From: an uncultured Chloroflexia bacterium
Lineage (GTDB): Bacteria; Chloroflexota; Limnocylindria; Limnocylindrales; CSP1-4
Direction of reading: 5' to 3'
Length of the DNA stretch: 64,000 nt
Assembly (NCBI GenBank): GCA_963776395.1
Contig: CAVZML010000006.1
Span: 197,312 to 261,311 of the forward strand
Shown: in pieces, positions 12,417 to 21,353 of the stretch
How positions within the stretch are numbered: position 1 is the stretch's first letter
How the letters are laid out: each line of letters opens with the position of its first letter
The notes under the pieces: generated by a model
Database searches by the model: none
What the model was told of the DNA's origin: nothing
What the model saw: the letters and a program-made list of their open reading frames with translations, nothing else
Position numbers and translations under genes: made by a program

Positions 12417-13211
12417 TCAGGTGTGGCGGGCCGCCCGTTCTGCGCGGGTCGAGAGGTAGTGGTGCCAGAGGATCCGCGCGGCGACCGCGCGCCACGGTCG
12501 CCAGCTCTCGGCGAGGCCATGCATCTCGACCGCGGCCGGCCGCCGGTCCAGGCCGCGCACCTCGGCGATCGCCTGCGCCAGTGCGATGTCATGGACCGGC
12601 CAGGCGTCTGGCCGGCAGAGCACCATCAGCCGGTAGATCGTCGCGGTCCACGGCCCGATGCCCGGGAGGGCGGTCAGCGTGCCGTCCACCTCCGCGTCGT
12701 CGAGGCCGGACAGCCGGTCGATGTCAAGGGTGCCGTCCAGCACCGCGGTGGCGAGCGCACGCGCGTAGCGCGTCTTCTGGCGGCTGAACCCGATCCGGAG
12801 GAGCTCGTCGTCGTCGAGCCGGACGAAGGTCGCCGGGGTCAACGGATCCGCGGCGAGCCGGAGCCTGTCGAACGCGGCCCGCGCCGATGCCAGCGACACC
12901 TGCTGTTCGAGGATGAGGTGGACCAGCGTCGCGAAGCCGGGCTCGCGGTCCCACAGAGGGGGCCGCCCGTACCGTGCCACGATGGCACCGAGGCCCGGAT
13001 CGCGCGCGGCGAGCACATCGACCGCGGTGACGAGCGACGCCGGGGTCAGCGGGACGGCCGGGCGGGAAAGGGCAGCGGCGTCGGACGTGGGGTCGGACAT
13101 GGCGTCCGGCAATGCGCCGGACATGGCGTCCGGCAATGCGCGATCGGGGCTGCGGTCGGGCACGGCGTCGATGGTGACGCATGACGGCGAGGCGCGCATG
13201 ATTCCCGGCAA
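12417..13211 (-). CDS. DNA-3-methyladenine glycosylase II family (HhH-GPD, AlkA-like)
   Basis: ILEQQVSLASARAAF...LTALPGIGPWTATIYRLM is the HhH-GPD signature. The N-terminal start is uncertain, since several Met codons are available. Confidence 0.8.
   Translation of the reverse strand: MPGIMRASPSCVTIDAVPDRSPDRALPDAMSGALPDAMSDPTSDAAALSRPAVPLTPASLVTAVDVLAARDPGLGAIVARYGRPPLWDREPGFATLVHLILEQQVSLASARAAFDRLRLAADPLTPATFVRLDDDELLRIGFSRQKTRYARALATAVLDGTLDIDRLSGLDDAEVDGTLTALPGIGPWTATIYRLMVLCRPDAWPVHDIALAQAIAEVRGLDRRPAAVEMHGLAESWRPWRAVAARILWHHYLSTRAERAARHT
13094..13141. repeat. 24-nt perfect tandem duplication inside the glycosylase N-terminus
   Basis: The unit cggacatggcgtccggcaatgcgc occurs twice. 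The duplication is in frame and gives the duplicated peptide ALPDAMSG. Confidence 0.8.
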
Positions 13212-13259
13212 GCAGCCAACCGGCCAGGGAACCCTCCGATTCCCTGATGCCGGGTCGGG

Positions 13260-14483
13260 CTAGGACGCGGCCGTTGCCGTCTCCGTCTCGGGTGGATTGC
13301 GGGCGACGAACCGATCGACGAGCGGCACCGCCGAGATCCCGTGGAGCACCACGCTCCCGAGGATCGTGAGCGCCACCACCTGGAGCAGGAACTCGGCATG
13401 GGGGAGGGTAGCCGACTCGACGGCGATCAACGCGAACACGATCGAGGCCAGCCCGCGCGGGCCGAACCAGCCCACCAGGAGGACGGCATCGGGCCTGAGC
13501 CGGCTGCCGAGCAGCGCCAGGGCGACCGGGATCATCCGCACCACGGTCAGGCTCGCGGCCGCGTATGCCACCTGGATCCACTGCAGGTCGTGCAGCAGCG
13601 GGCCGAGCACGACGCCGCCGAAGAGCAGGAACGTGATCGCGGCCAACAGCGACCCCGACTCCTCGACCAGCTCGACGTTCTCGTGGGCGGTCCTCCCGTA
13701 GCTGAAGCGGTAGGCTAGGCCGGCGACGAACGCCGCGATGAAGCCGCTTCCGTGAAGCTCCAGGGCGAGCGCATACGCCAGCCCGGCGCTGGCGAAGCAC
13801 ACGAGCGGCCGCCACGCCGGGTTGATCCCGAATCGCCTGGCGACCACCCGCAGGATGAGGGTGGCCGCCAGCCCGCCGACCACGCCCGCGACCACGCCCC
13901 AGGCGATCTGCTGGGCCAGCGCGGCGAAAACGCTGCTGCTGTTCGCGCCGTCCTCCAGGTCGACCAGCGCCAGCGCGACCGCCAGCAGCGGTACGCAGAT
14001 GCCGTCGTTCAGGCCGCTCTCGGTGTTCAGTCCCTGGCGGATGCGACTCGGCAGGCGCTCGTCCGTCACGACGGCCTGGCCCAGCGCTGCATCGGTGGGC
14101 GCGAGGATCACCGCGAGCAGGAGCGCCTCGGCCAATGCGAGCTGCGGCAGCAGCACGAGCGAGGCGACGAAGCCTGCGATGATCGTGAGCGGGAGCCCGA
14201 TCGCGAGCAGGCGCACGGGGATCGCCGCTTCGTGCTCGAGCAGGCGGACGCGGAGCTGGGCGGCGTCCGAGTACAGCACCAGGACGAGGGTCGCCGTCGT
14301 GATGGCCTCCAGCCCGTCCGCCGACACCGCCCCGTTGAGCCAGCCGAGGCCCGACGAGCCGGCCAGGATCCCGACGGCCACGAAGACCATCGCCGGCGAA
14401 ACCGGGGCGTGCCGCAGGACCCCGGACACGGCCGCGTACGCAAGAACGGCCAACGAGACCGCGAGCAGTGCGCTGTCGCTCAT
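13260..14483 (-). CDS. Cation:proton antiporter (Na+/H+ exchanger family)
   Basis: 407 aa and polytopic. Segments such as LLAVILAPTDAALG, ESGLNDG and GPRGLASIVFAL are typical of CPA1-type exchangers. Confidence 0.85.
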   Translation of the reverse strand: MSDSALLAVSLAVLAYAAVSGVLRHAPVSPAMVFVAVGILAGSSGLGWLNGAVSADGLEAITTATLVLVLYSDAAQLRVRLLEHEAAIPVRLLAIGLPLTIIAGFVASLVLLPQLALAEALLLAVILAPTDAALGQAVVTDERLPSRIRQGLNTESGLNDGICVPLLAVALALVDLEDGANSSSVFAALAQQIAWGVVAGVVGGLAATLILRVVARRFGINPAWRPLVCFASAGLAYALALELHGSGFIAAFVAGLAYRFSYGRTAHENVELVEESGSLLAAITFLLFGGVVLGPLLHDLQWIQVAYAAASLTVVRMIPVALALLGSRLRPDAVLLVGWFGPRGLASIVFALIAVESATLPHAEFLLQVVALTILGSVVLHGISAVPLVDRFVARNPPETETATAAS

Positions 14484-14674
14484 CGGGTCCTCGTGGGTGC
14501 GACCGGATGACGGGGGCCGGGCGCAGCCGCCGACCCCTTCGAGTATGCGCCGGGCCCGAGGCCGCCCGCAGGCTGCTCAGCGCCCGGTCCACACGCGCTG
14601 GGCCCGCGGCTGGATTCTGAGACCGGCCGGCGCGCTGCGCCGGCCGGTCTCACCCCGAGCAGGAAGCGAACGCG

Positions 14675-15271
14675 TTACTTGACGAGCGTGCCGTCGGCGC
14701 CGACGACGTACCACTTGCCGCCAAGACCCTGGCCGGTCACGTCTCCCGCGGCCTTGTCGCCGGCGAAGCGGTAGAGCGGCAGCCCGTGGAAGGTCACCTG
14801 GGCGGAGCCGTCGTCACGGGTGATCGTGTCGAAGGCGGCGGCGTCGAGGCCGGTTCCGAGCACCGGTGCCGCCGCACCCGCGAGGGGCGGCCACTTGGCG
14901 GCGCAGTCGCCGGTGCAGGCTGACGTCCCGCCGGAATCCGCGGTGAAGACGTAGAGGGTCAGGCCCGCACCATCGACCAGCACCGTGCCCAGCGAGGTGT
15001 CGCCGAGATTGACCTCGGCCGCTGTCGTGGCGGGTGCCGGCGTGGCCTCTGCCGCACCGTAGCCTCCCTTGCCGCCGCCTGCAGCCGGCGCCGGGGTCGC
15101 AGCCGGCGCCGAGGAGGTCGCAGCCGTCGCCGGGGTCGCAGCCGGCGCCGAGGAGGTCGCAGCCGTGGCCTGGGTGCCGGTCGACCCGGCGCCGCTGCCG
15201 CTCGAGCAGGCACCGAGGGCGGCGCCCAGCAACAGGAACAGCAGGAGAGTGACGGATCGGGAAGGTCGCAT
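14675..15271 (-). CDS. Secreted lipoprotein with COG4315-type repeats
   Basis: There is a signal peptide with lipobox LGAC. The C-terminal repeats (LYVFTADSGGTSACTGDCAAKWPP, GLPLYRFAGDKAAGDVTGQG) match this family. I preferred the start at the second Met (MRPSRS); the ORF track begins at 15304. Confidence 0.7.
   Translation of the reverse strand: MRPSRSVTLLLFLLLGAALGACSSGSGAGSTGTQATAATSSAPAATPATAATSSAPAATPAPAAGGGKGGYGAAEATPAPATTAAEVNLGDTSLGTVLVDGAGLTLYVFTADSGGTSACTGDCAAKWPPLAGAAAPVLGTGLDAAAFDTITRDDGSAQVTFHGLPLYRFAGDKAAGDVTGQGLGGKWYVVGADGTLVK
15090..15167. repeat. 39-nt perfect tandem duplication in the lipoprotein linker
   Basis: The unit gccggggtcgcagccggcgccgaggaggtcgcagccgt occurs twice. 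It is in frame and gives a duplicated 13-aa Ala/Thr/Pro/Ser stretch. Confidence 0.8.
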
Positions 15272-15412
15272 CGCTGGATCTCCTGGTCGGTGGCTCATTG
15301 GCAAGGACGGTTACGCCCCGGCGCCTCGCGTGGTTTCAGGTCCGCGTTCGCGCCGACCGGCCGCCGGCCCTCCGTCACGAACCCGAAAGGCTCCGCACGG
15401 CAGGATCGGGGC

Positions 15413-15733
15413 ATGAACAACACCGACAACGGACGCACGCTGGCCCGGTCCCGCGCCAACAGGCGTCTGCGCAACCTCACGATCGGGACCGCAGCGTTCG
15501 GCATCGCCGCAACGGGCAGCCTCGGCTGGCTGGCGGCGATGAGCTACGACGGGTCCACCTCCGTCGCCACGACCGCCGTCGCCGGCACGACCGCGGACTC
15601 GTCGACGACCACGGCGACGGCTGCGACCCCGACGCCTGCGACCACGACGACGTCGGCCGGCGCGGCAGCCACGGCGGCACCGGTCGTGACGACGACGAGC
15701 GGAACCGGCCACGCGACCACGGGCGGCTCATGA
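15413..15733 (+). CDS. Membrane-anchored mini-protein 1 (106 aa), C-terminal GHATTGGS
   Basis: ATG at 15413. The protein has a basic N-terminus, one hydrophobic helix, a Thr/Ala-rich spacer and the tail GHATTGGS. Its stop lies 1 nt before the apbE GTG. A paralogue is at 20997-21353. Confidence 0.55.
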   Translation: MNNTDNGRTLARSRANRRLRNLTIGTAAFGIAATGSLGWLAAMSYDGSTSVATTAVAGTTADSSTTTATAATPTPATTTTSAGAAATAAPVVTTTSGTGHATTGGS

Positions 15734-15734
15734 C

Positions 15735-16701
15735 GTGAGCGGCGCTGCCCGTGAAGGGATACAGCAGGCGGACTGGCGGGCACTCGGGACGGGTGCCCGT
15801 CTCGTCGTCCTCGACGGCGACCTCCAGGCCGCGCGGGTCGCGGTGGAGCGGGTCCTGGCCGAGGTCGACCTGGCGTACTCCAGGTTCCGCCCGGACTCGG
15901 AGCTGATGACGCTCCACGCATCGCGCGGCCGACAGCGTGCCCGTGAGCCCGCTCCTCGCCAGGGCCGTGGCCGGCTCGCTCGCCGCGGCCCGACGGTCCG
16001 GCGGCGCCGTCGACCCGACGGTCGGACGCGCCCTCCGCGTCATCGGCTACGACGCCGACTTCGGCATCCTCGCCGGCACGACGCGCGAGCTGGAGCTCCG
16101 TGTCGCGGCAGTGCCCGGCTGGTCGACCATCACGCTCGACCCGAAGTCCCGCATGCTCCTGATCCCGCGCGACGTGGAGCTGGACCTCGGATCCACCGGC
16201 AAGGGCCTCGCGGCCGACCTGGCTGCGGCAGCCGCCCTGGACGCGGCCGGGGACGATGCGGGCGTGCTCGTCAGCCTCGGCGGCGACATCGCCACGGGCG
16301 GCAGGGCGCCCGAGGGCGGCTGGCGGATCCTCCTCGCCGAGGACAGCGGCCGACCGTCGAACGGTGACGGCGACATGATCGCGATCCAGACCGGCGGGAT
16401 CGCGACCTCCAGCACCACGGTGCGGCGCTGGGGGACCACCGACGGCGTGACCGTCCACCACATCATCGACCCCCGAACCGGCATCCATGCCGATACGCCA
16501 TGGCGGGCCGCCACCGTGGTCGCCGCGACCTGCGAGGAGGCGAACGCCGCCTCCACCGCCGCCATCGTCCTCGGCGCCGAGGCGCCAGCGTGGATCGCGG
16601 CCACCGGCCTGCCCGCCCGCCTCGTCGCGAACGACGGCAGCGTGACGTACCTCTGCGGCTGGCCGGCGCCCTCCGCGACCACGGCGATGACCGGCGCGTA
16701 A
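15735..16701 (+). pseudogene. apbE: FAD:protein FMN transferase (ApbE), one +1 frameshift near 15936
   Basis: ApbE-type motifs are present: FRPDSELM, DPTVG, DLGSTGKGLAAD, IATSSTT, HHIIDPRTG. The first roughly 67 codons are in ORF 15735.. and the rest in ORF 15937..16701. Removing one nucleotide in cgacagcgtgcc restores ...GRQVPVSPLL.... Confidence 0.85.
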
Positions 16702-16714
16702 CCGGACCGAAAGG
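16696..16714 (+). promoter_or_regulatory. Cluster-specific motif GCGTAACCGGACCGAAAGG
   Basis: This site matches 20956-20974 (gcgtaaccggatcgaaagg) at 18 of 19 positions. A partial copy is at 15373-15390, and an inverted GCGTAACCG is at 15309-15317. All lie in leaders of genes of the same cluster. Confidence 0.35.
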
Positions 16715-16801
16715 TGCCGGCCGGGACACTGGGCGGGTAACCGAAACGCGTGGAACCGGCCGGTCGCCGGTCCTGCGCCGCCCAGCGAGGAGGAACCCGA
16801 A

Positions 16802-17395
16802 ATGTTCGACCAGGTCCTGTGGTTCGCCACACGTGGCGCCGGAGCCGTGTCGCTGCTCATGTTCACGGCGTCGGCCGCCCTCGGGCTCGTGACGGTGGTC
16901 CGCTTCCAGGCCGCCGGCTGGCCCCGGTTCTTCAACTACGAGATGCACCGTCGCGTGTCCCTGCTCTCGATCGCATTCCTCGGCGTCCACGTGCTGACCG
17001 CCGTCCTCGACCCGTTCACGAGCCTGGGCATCGGTGCGGCCCTGGTGCCGCTCGCCTCCACCTACCGGCCGCTTCCCGTGGCCCTCGGCGTGATCGCGCT
17101 CTACCTGTTCGTCGCGCTGATCGCGTCGAGCCTGCTCCGCAGGCGCATCGGTCAGCGCGCCTGGCGGGCGATCCACTGGACGAGCTATGCCATGTGGCCC
17201 CTCGCCCTCCTGCACGGGATCACCGCCGGTACCGACGCATTCACGCCCTGGATGATCGCGGTCGACCTGGTCGCCATGGCCGTCGTCACGGCAGCCCTCG
17301 GCTGGCGGATCGCCGCGGGCAACCCGAACCGCACGCGACTGCCCGAGGTTGTCGCCTCCTCCTCCTGGCAGGCCGCCCGGAGCGACGGACGATGA
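16802..17395 (+). CDS. Ferric-reductase-like (FRD/MsrQ-type) transmembrane haem-b protein
   Basis: 197 aa with 5-6 predicted helices. Two His pairs are spaced 13-14 residues apart (EMH..GVH and AIH..LLH), as in bis-haem FRD domains. Confidence 0.75.
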   Translation: MFDQVLWFATRGAGAVSLLMFTASAALGLVTVVRFQAAGWPRFFNYEMHRRVSLLSIAFLGVHVLTAVLDPFTSLGIGAALVPLASTYRPLPVALGVIALYLFVALIASSLLRRRIGQRAWRAIHWTSYAMWPLALLHGITAGTDAFTPWMIAVDLVAMAVVTAALGWRIAAGNPNRTRLPEVVASSSWQAARSDGR

Positions 17396-18633
17396 CGGCG
17401 CGCCTGCTCGCGGGTCCCGCCCTCACCGCCGGCCCGGAGACGCTCGCAAGCCACCTGGCACGGCTCGGCCCCGTTCCTGGTGCGCGCGAGGCTCGCGCGA
17501 TCCCCCAGGTCCTCGAGGCGGCGGGCCTGCTCGGTCGCGGCGGCGCGGGGTTCCCGGTCGGACGCAAGTGGGCCTCCGTTGCCGACCGCTCCGAGGGTCG
17601 CGCCGTGGTCCTCGCCAACGGTGCCGAGGGCGAGCCGCTGAGCGCGAAGGACCGCGCGCTGATGGGCACCCGCCCGCACCTGGTGCTCGATGGCGCGGAG
17701 CTGGCGGCCGCGGCCGTGGGTGCCGAGCGGATCGTCCTCTACGTCGGGTCCGAGCATCATGCCGCGCGGGCGGCGCTCGGGCGGGCGATGGGTGAGCGCA
17801 CGGCCGACACCCGCCGATCGGCCACCCGCGTCCCGATCGAGCTCGTCGCGGCCCCACCGACCTACGTCGCGGGCGAGGAGTCGGCGGCGGTCCACTTCAT
17901 CAACGACGGGGACGCACGGCCGACCGCCACGCCGCCCCGGCCGTTCGAGCGCGGCATCGACGGCCGCCCGACCCTGGTCCAGAACGTCGAGAGCCTCGCC
18001 CACGCGGCGCTGATCGCCCGGTACGGGGACCGGTGGTATCGCGACGCGGGCCGGGCCGGCACCCGGGGCACCGCGCTGATCACGGTCGGCGGGGTGCCGA
18101 TGCCGGGCGTCGCCGAGATCGAGATCGGAACCACCCTCGCGGAGGTGGCGCAGACCACCGGGGCGCCGGTCGGCGGGGGTCCGGTGCTGCTGGGCGGCTA
18201 CTTCGGTGGCTGGGTCTCCGGCGCGTCCGCGTGGCGGACACCCCTCGACCCGCATGAGCTGCGTGCGGCGGGCTCCGCGTTCGGCTGTGGCGTGGTCCGG
18301 TTCCTGGGCCCCGACGAATGTGGCGTCCGCGCGACCGCGCTGATCCTCGACTTCATGGCCGGGCAGAGCGCCGCCCAGTGCGGCCCCTGCGTCTTCGGCC
18401 TGCGGGCAATCGCGGATGCGACGGCGCGCCTCGCCCAGGGAGCGGCGCGTGGTGACGACCTCCGCCGTGTCGATGGGTGGTCGCAGACGCTCGCGGGCCG
18501 GGGCGCCTGCCGCCACCCGGACGGTGCGGTCGGTCTCCTGCGCAGCGCCCTTGCCACGTTCGACGGCGACTTCGTCTCGCACCAGCGCGGTCGCGGCTGC
18601 ACGGCGGGACGCGGCGCCTGGGCAGCCGCATGA
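17392..18633 (+). CDS. NuoF-like NAD(P)H-binding Fe-S protein (SLBB / NADH_4Fe-4S type)
   Basis: GRGGAGFPVGRKW, NGAEGEPLSAKDR and the C-terminal Cys motif QCGPC...GACRHPDG resemble the complex I 51-kDa subunit. ATGA start/stop overlaps are present at both ends of the gene. Confidence 0.75.
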   Translation: MTARLLAGPALTAGPETLASHLARLGPVPGAREARAIPQVLEAAGLLGRGGAGFPVGRKWASVADRSEGRAVVLANGAEGEPLSAKDRALMGTRPHLVLDGAELAAAAVGAERIVLYVGSEHHAARAALGRAMGERTADTRRSATRVPIELVAAPPTYVAGEESAAVHFINDGDARPTATPPRPFERGIDGRPTLVQNVESLAHAALIARYGDRWYRDAGRAGTRGTALITVGGVPMPGVAEIEIGTTLAEVAQTTGAPVGGGPVLLGGYFGGWVSGASAWRTPLDPHELRAAGSAFGCGVVRFLGPDECGVRATALILDFMAGQSAAQCGPCVFGLRAIADATARLAQGAARGDDLRRVDGWSQTLAGRGACRHPDGAVGLLRSALATFDGDFVSHQRGRGCTAGRGAWAAA

Positions 18634-18959
18634 GCGCCCCCGCTTCCTTGGCCGCCGGCATGTCCGACCGGACGATCGTGATCGACCGCATCGCCTGCGA
18701 CGGCTACGGCACGTGCGCGGAGCTGCTGCCGGAGATGATCGCGCTCGACGACTGGGGTTATCCCATCATCCGTCCGGGACCCGTCCCGGACGCCCTGCTC
18801 GGGCACGCCCGCATGGCGGTCGACACGTGCCCGGTGCTGGCGCTGCGCCTCGTGGCCGTCGCCCGTGCGACCATGGCGCCGGCGACCAATGCCGGGTCGG
18901 CAGCCGTCCGCGCGGGTGGCCCCGCCCGCGAGCAACGGTCGATCGGGCGCGGAGGCTGA
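18630..18959 (+). CDS. Small single-cluster ferredoxin
   Basis: IDRIACDGYGTCAELLPE...DTCPVLAL shows the Cx5C...CP pattern of mono-cluster ferredoxins. Its start overlaps the preceding stop (ATGA). Confidence 0.65.
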   Translation: MSAPASLAAGMSDRTIVIDRIACDGYGTCAELLPEMIALDDWGYPIIRPGPVPDALLGHARMAVDTCPVLALRLVAVARATMAPATNAGSAAVRAGGPAREQRSIGRGG

Positions 18960-18963
18960 CGGG

Positions 18964-19632
18964 ATGCGCGTGCTGGTGGCGGAAGACGACGAGGGCCTCC
19001 GGGAGGTCCTGGTCCTCGGCCTGTCCGACGCGGGCTACCACGTCGACGCGGTCGATCGCGGGGACGACGCCATCGACTACCTGAAGTGGTACGAGTACGA
19101 CGTCGCCGTGATCGACTGGCGCATGCCGGGGGCCGAGGGCGTCGACGTCGTCTCCTGGGCCCGCAAGCACGACCGACCGACGGCCCTCCTCATGCTCACG
19201 GCACGGGACACCCCCGCCGACCGGATCCGGGGCCTCGATTCCGGCGCCGACGACTACCTGGTCAAGCCGTTCGACTTCGGCGAGCTGCTCGCACGCGTGC
19301 GTGCCCTCCAGCGCCGGCCCCGTGGCGTGGACGCCCCCGTGCTCGGCGTCGGGCGCCTGACGCTGGACCCGGTCGCTCGCCTCGTCGCCGTCGGCGGACG
19401 GGAGCTCTCCCTGACGAGCACCGAGTACCGGATCCTGGAGCTGCTGATGCGCCGCGCGTCGGCCGTCGTGGACCGCAAGGCCATCGCCGAGCACGCCTGG
19501 GCCGACGAGACGGAGCCGCTCGGCTCGAACGCGATCGACGTCCAGATGAGCCGCCTGCGCGGGAAGCTGTCCGGCGCCGGAGTCCAGATCGTCACCGTGC
19601 GCGGCGCAGGCTATCGCCTCGAGGCCGTGTAG
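18964..19632 (+). CDS. OmpR/PhoB-family response regulator
   Basis: The receiver domain carries MRVLVAEDD...DVAVIDWRMPG. The winged-helix output domain carries LTSTEYRILELL...VRGAGYRL. Confidence 0.9.
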   Translation: MRVLVAEDDEGLREVLVLGLSDAGYHVDAVDRGDDAIDYLKWYEYDVAVIDWRMPGAEGVDVVSWARKHDRPTALLMLTARDTPADRIRGLDSGADDYLVKPFDFGELLARVRALQRRPRGVDAPVLGVGRLTLDPVARLVAVGGRELSLTSTEYRILELLMRRASAVVDRKAIAEHAWADETEPLGSNAIDVQMSRLRGKLSGAGVQIVTVRGAGYRLEAV

Positions 19633-19634
19633 GC

Positions 19635-20867
19635 GTGTCTCACGTCCCCGGCGTCCGCCGCCAGTCGATCCGTGTCGCGCTCGCCGCGACCGGCGTCGTG
19701 GCCGTCGTGTATCTCGCCGTGGGCGTCAGCGTCGTCGCGTACGTGACCCGCGACCTCACGGCCCAGATCGACAACCGGCTGACCGCGTCCTTCGGCCGCC
19801 TGCCGCCCGATGGGCGGCACCCGGACTCCCCGTTCGACCCCGGTCGTGACCCGGGGCGGCCGTTCGGCGCTCCGCTCCTGGTGTGGACGATCGAGCCCGG
19901 CGGCCTGGTCCTCGCCTCGGCGTCGACGCCGGACCTGCCGGCGAAGCTCGCGAACGTCACCGATCCGGTGACGGCCACGATCGACGGCACGGAGGTCCGG
20001 GTCGCGGGCGTGCGGGTGGGCGACGACCGCGTCGTGGTCGCCCAGGCGACCGACGCGGTGACCGACGCCCAGCGGACGCTCCTCGTCGGCTGGCTGCTCG
20101 TCGCACCGATCCTGCTGGCGTCGGTGTTCTTCGGTGCCGTGGCCATCGGTCGGCGCGTCGCGGCCCCGATCGAGGCCGCGCGGCGTCGCCAGCTGGAGTT
20201 CACGGCGGACGCCTCGCACGAGCTGCGCACGCCGCTGTCCGTGATCGAGGCGCACACCTCTCTCGCCCTGGCCCAGCCGCGCGACGAGGCCTGGTACCGG
20301 TCGGCGTTCGGGCGAGTGGACCGCGAGTCGAAGCGGATGCGGCGGCTGCTCGACGACATGCTGTGGCTCGCCCGGTTCGACGCGTCGCAGGCATCGCCCT
20401 CCAGCGAGCCCGTCGATCTCGGCGTCCTCGTGAACCAGGCCGCCGACCGGTTCGGCGTCGTCGCGGAGGCGCGGCAGCTGTCGCTCGGTGTCCATGTCCC
20501 GGCGACACCGACGGTCATCGCCGCGTCGCCGGAGCTGGTCGACCGCCTCGTCGGCGTCCTGCTCGACAACGCCTGCAAGTACGCCCCGGAGGGCGGAGCG
20601 GTGGACGTCACCGTCACGGGGGAGGGCCACCGGGCGACGTTGACCGTCGACGACTCGGGGCCCGGCATCGCCGCCGAGGACCGGGACCGGATCTTCGACC
20701 GCTTCCACCGCTCGGTCGCGACCTCGAGCGAGGCCGGCGGTGCGGGCCTCGGCCTCGCGATCGGCGATGCCATCGTTCGTGCGACCGGCGGTCGGTGGGC
20801 GGTCGGCTCGTCGCCGTCAGGGGGCGCCCGGTTCGCGGTGGCCTGGAGCCGCACCACCCTCGACTGA
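19635..20867 (+). CDS. Sensor histidine kinase
   Basis: GTG start 3 nt after the response-regulator stop. There are two TM helices flanking a roughly 110-aa external loop. H-box ASHELRTPLS, N-box LLDNACKY and G-boxes DDSGPGI and GGAGLGLAI are present. Confidence 0.9.
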   Translation: MSHVPGVRRQSIRVALAATGVVAVVYLAVGVSVVAYVTRDLTAQIDNRLTASFGRLPPDGRHPDSPFDPGRDPGRPFGAPLLVWTIEPGGLVLASASTPDLPAKLANVTDPVTATIDGTEVRVAGVRVGDDRVVVAQATDAVTDAQRTLLVGWLLVAPILLASVFFGAVAIGRRVAAPIEAARRRQLEFTADASHELRTPLSVIEAHTSLALAQPRDEAWYRSAFGRVDRESKRMRRLLDDMLWLARFDASQASPSSEPVDLGVLVNQAADRFGVVAEARQLSLGVHVPATPTVIAASPELVDRLVGVLLDNACKYAPEGGAVDVTVTGEGHRATLTVDDSGPGIAAEDRDRIFDRFHRSVATSSEAGGAGLGLAIGDAIVRATGGRWAVGSSPSGGARFAVAWSRTTLD

Positions 20868-20887
20868 CCGTCACGGGCGTCGCGCCG

Positions 20888-20970
20888 CGTCACTGCCCTG
20901 CGTCACTCGGGGCCCGTCACTCGGGCGGCGTCACTCGCGACCCGTGACTCGGGCGGCGTAACCGGATCGA
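20888..20970. repeat. 14-bp tandem array (about 6 units, CGTCACTCGGGnnn)
   Basis: CGT(C/G/A)AC units start at 20888, 20901, 20915, 20929, 20943 and 20957. The array lies between the kinase stop and mini-protein 2, and its last unit runs into the GCGTAACCGGATCGAAAGG motif. Confidence 0.8.
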
Positions 20971-20996
20971 AAGGATCCGGACCCGAGACTCGGCGA

Positions 20997-21353
20997 ATGG
21001 ACATCCACGATCAATCTTCCGCCGCCGCGCGCGGCGACGCGCTGATCCGCCTCCGGACCGTGACGGCCGGCGTGGCGGTCGTCGCAGTCGCGGCGACCGC
21101 CGGTCTCGGCTTCGCCGCCGCAAGCGGTTATCGCGGGACGACTCCCGCGACTGATCCGTCGCTTCCATCGGCCACGCAGGCCCCGGCCGACCAGCCGGCC
21201 TCCGGGACCGGCGGATCCTCATCGGGCGGCCAGCCGCAGCAGCTCGCCCCCCAGGACGGCGGGTTCTCGGCGCCGGCTCCGGGCACGCTCCTGCAGCCCC
21301 CCAGCCGCACCAACGGCGGCCGCGGCGGCCACGCGACCACGGGCGGATCCTGA
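20997..21353 (+). CDS. Membrane-anchored mini-protein 2 (118 aa), C-terminal GHATTGGS
   Basis: It has the same architecture as 15413-15733. The final 20 nt of coding sequence before gg(a/c)tc(c/a)tga are identical to paralogue 1. Its stop overlaps the ATG of the GtrA-like gene. Confidence 0.55.
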   Translation: MDIHDQSSAAARGDALIRLRTVTAGVAVVAVAATAGLGFAAASGYRGTTPATDPSLPSATQAPADQPASGTGGSSSGGQPQQLAPQDGGFSAPAPGTLLQPPSRTNGGRGGHATTGGS

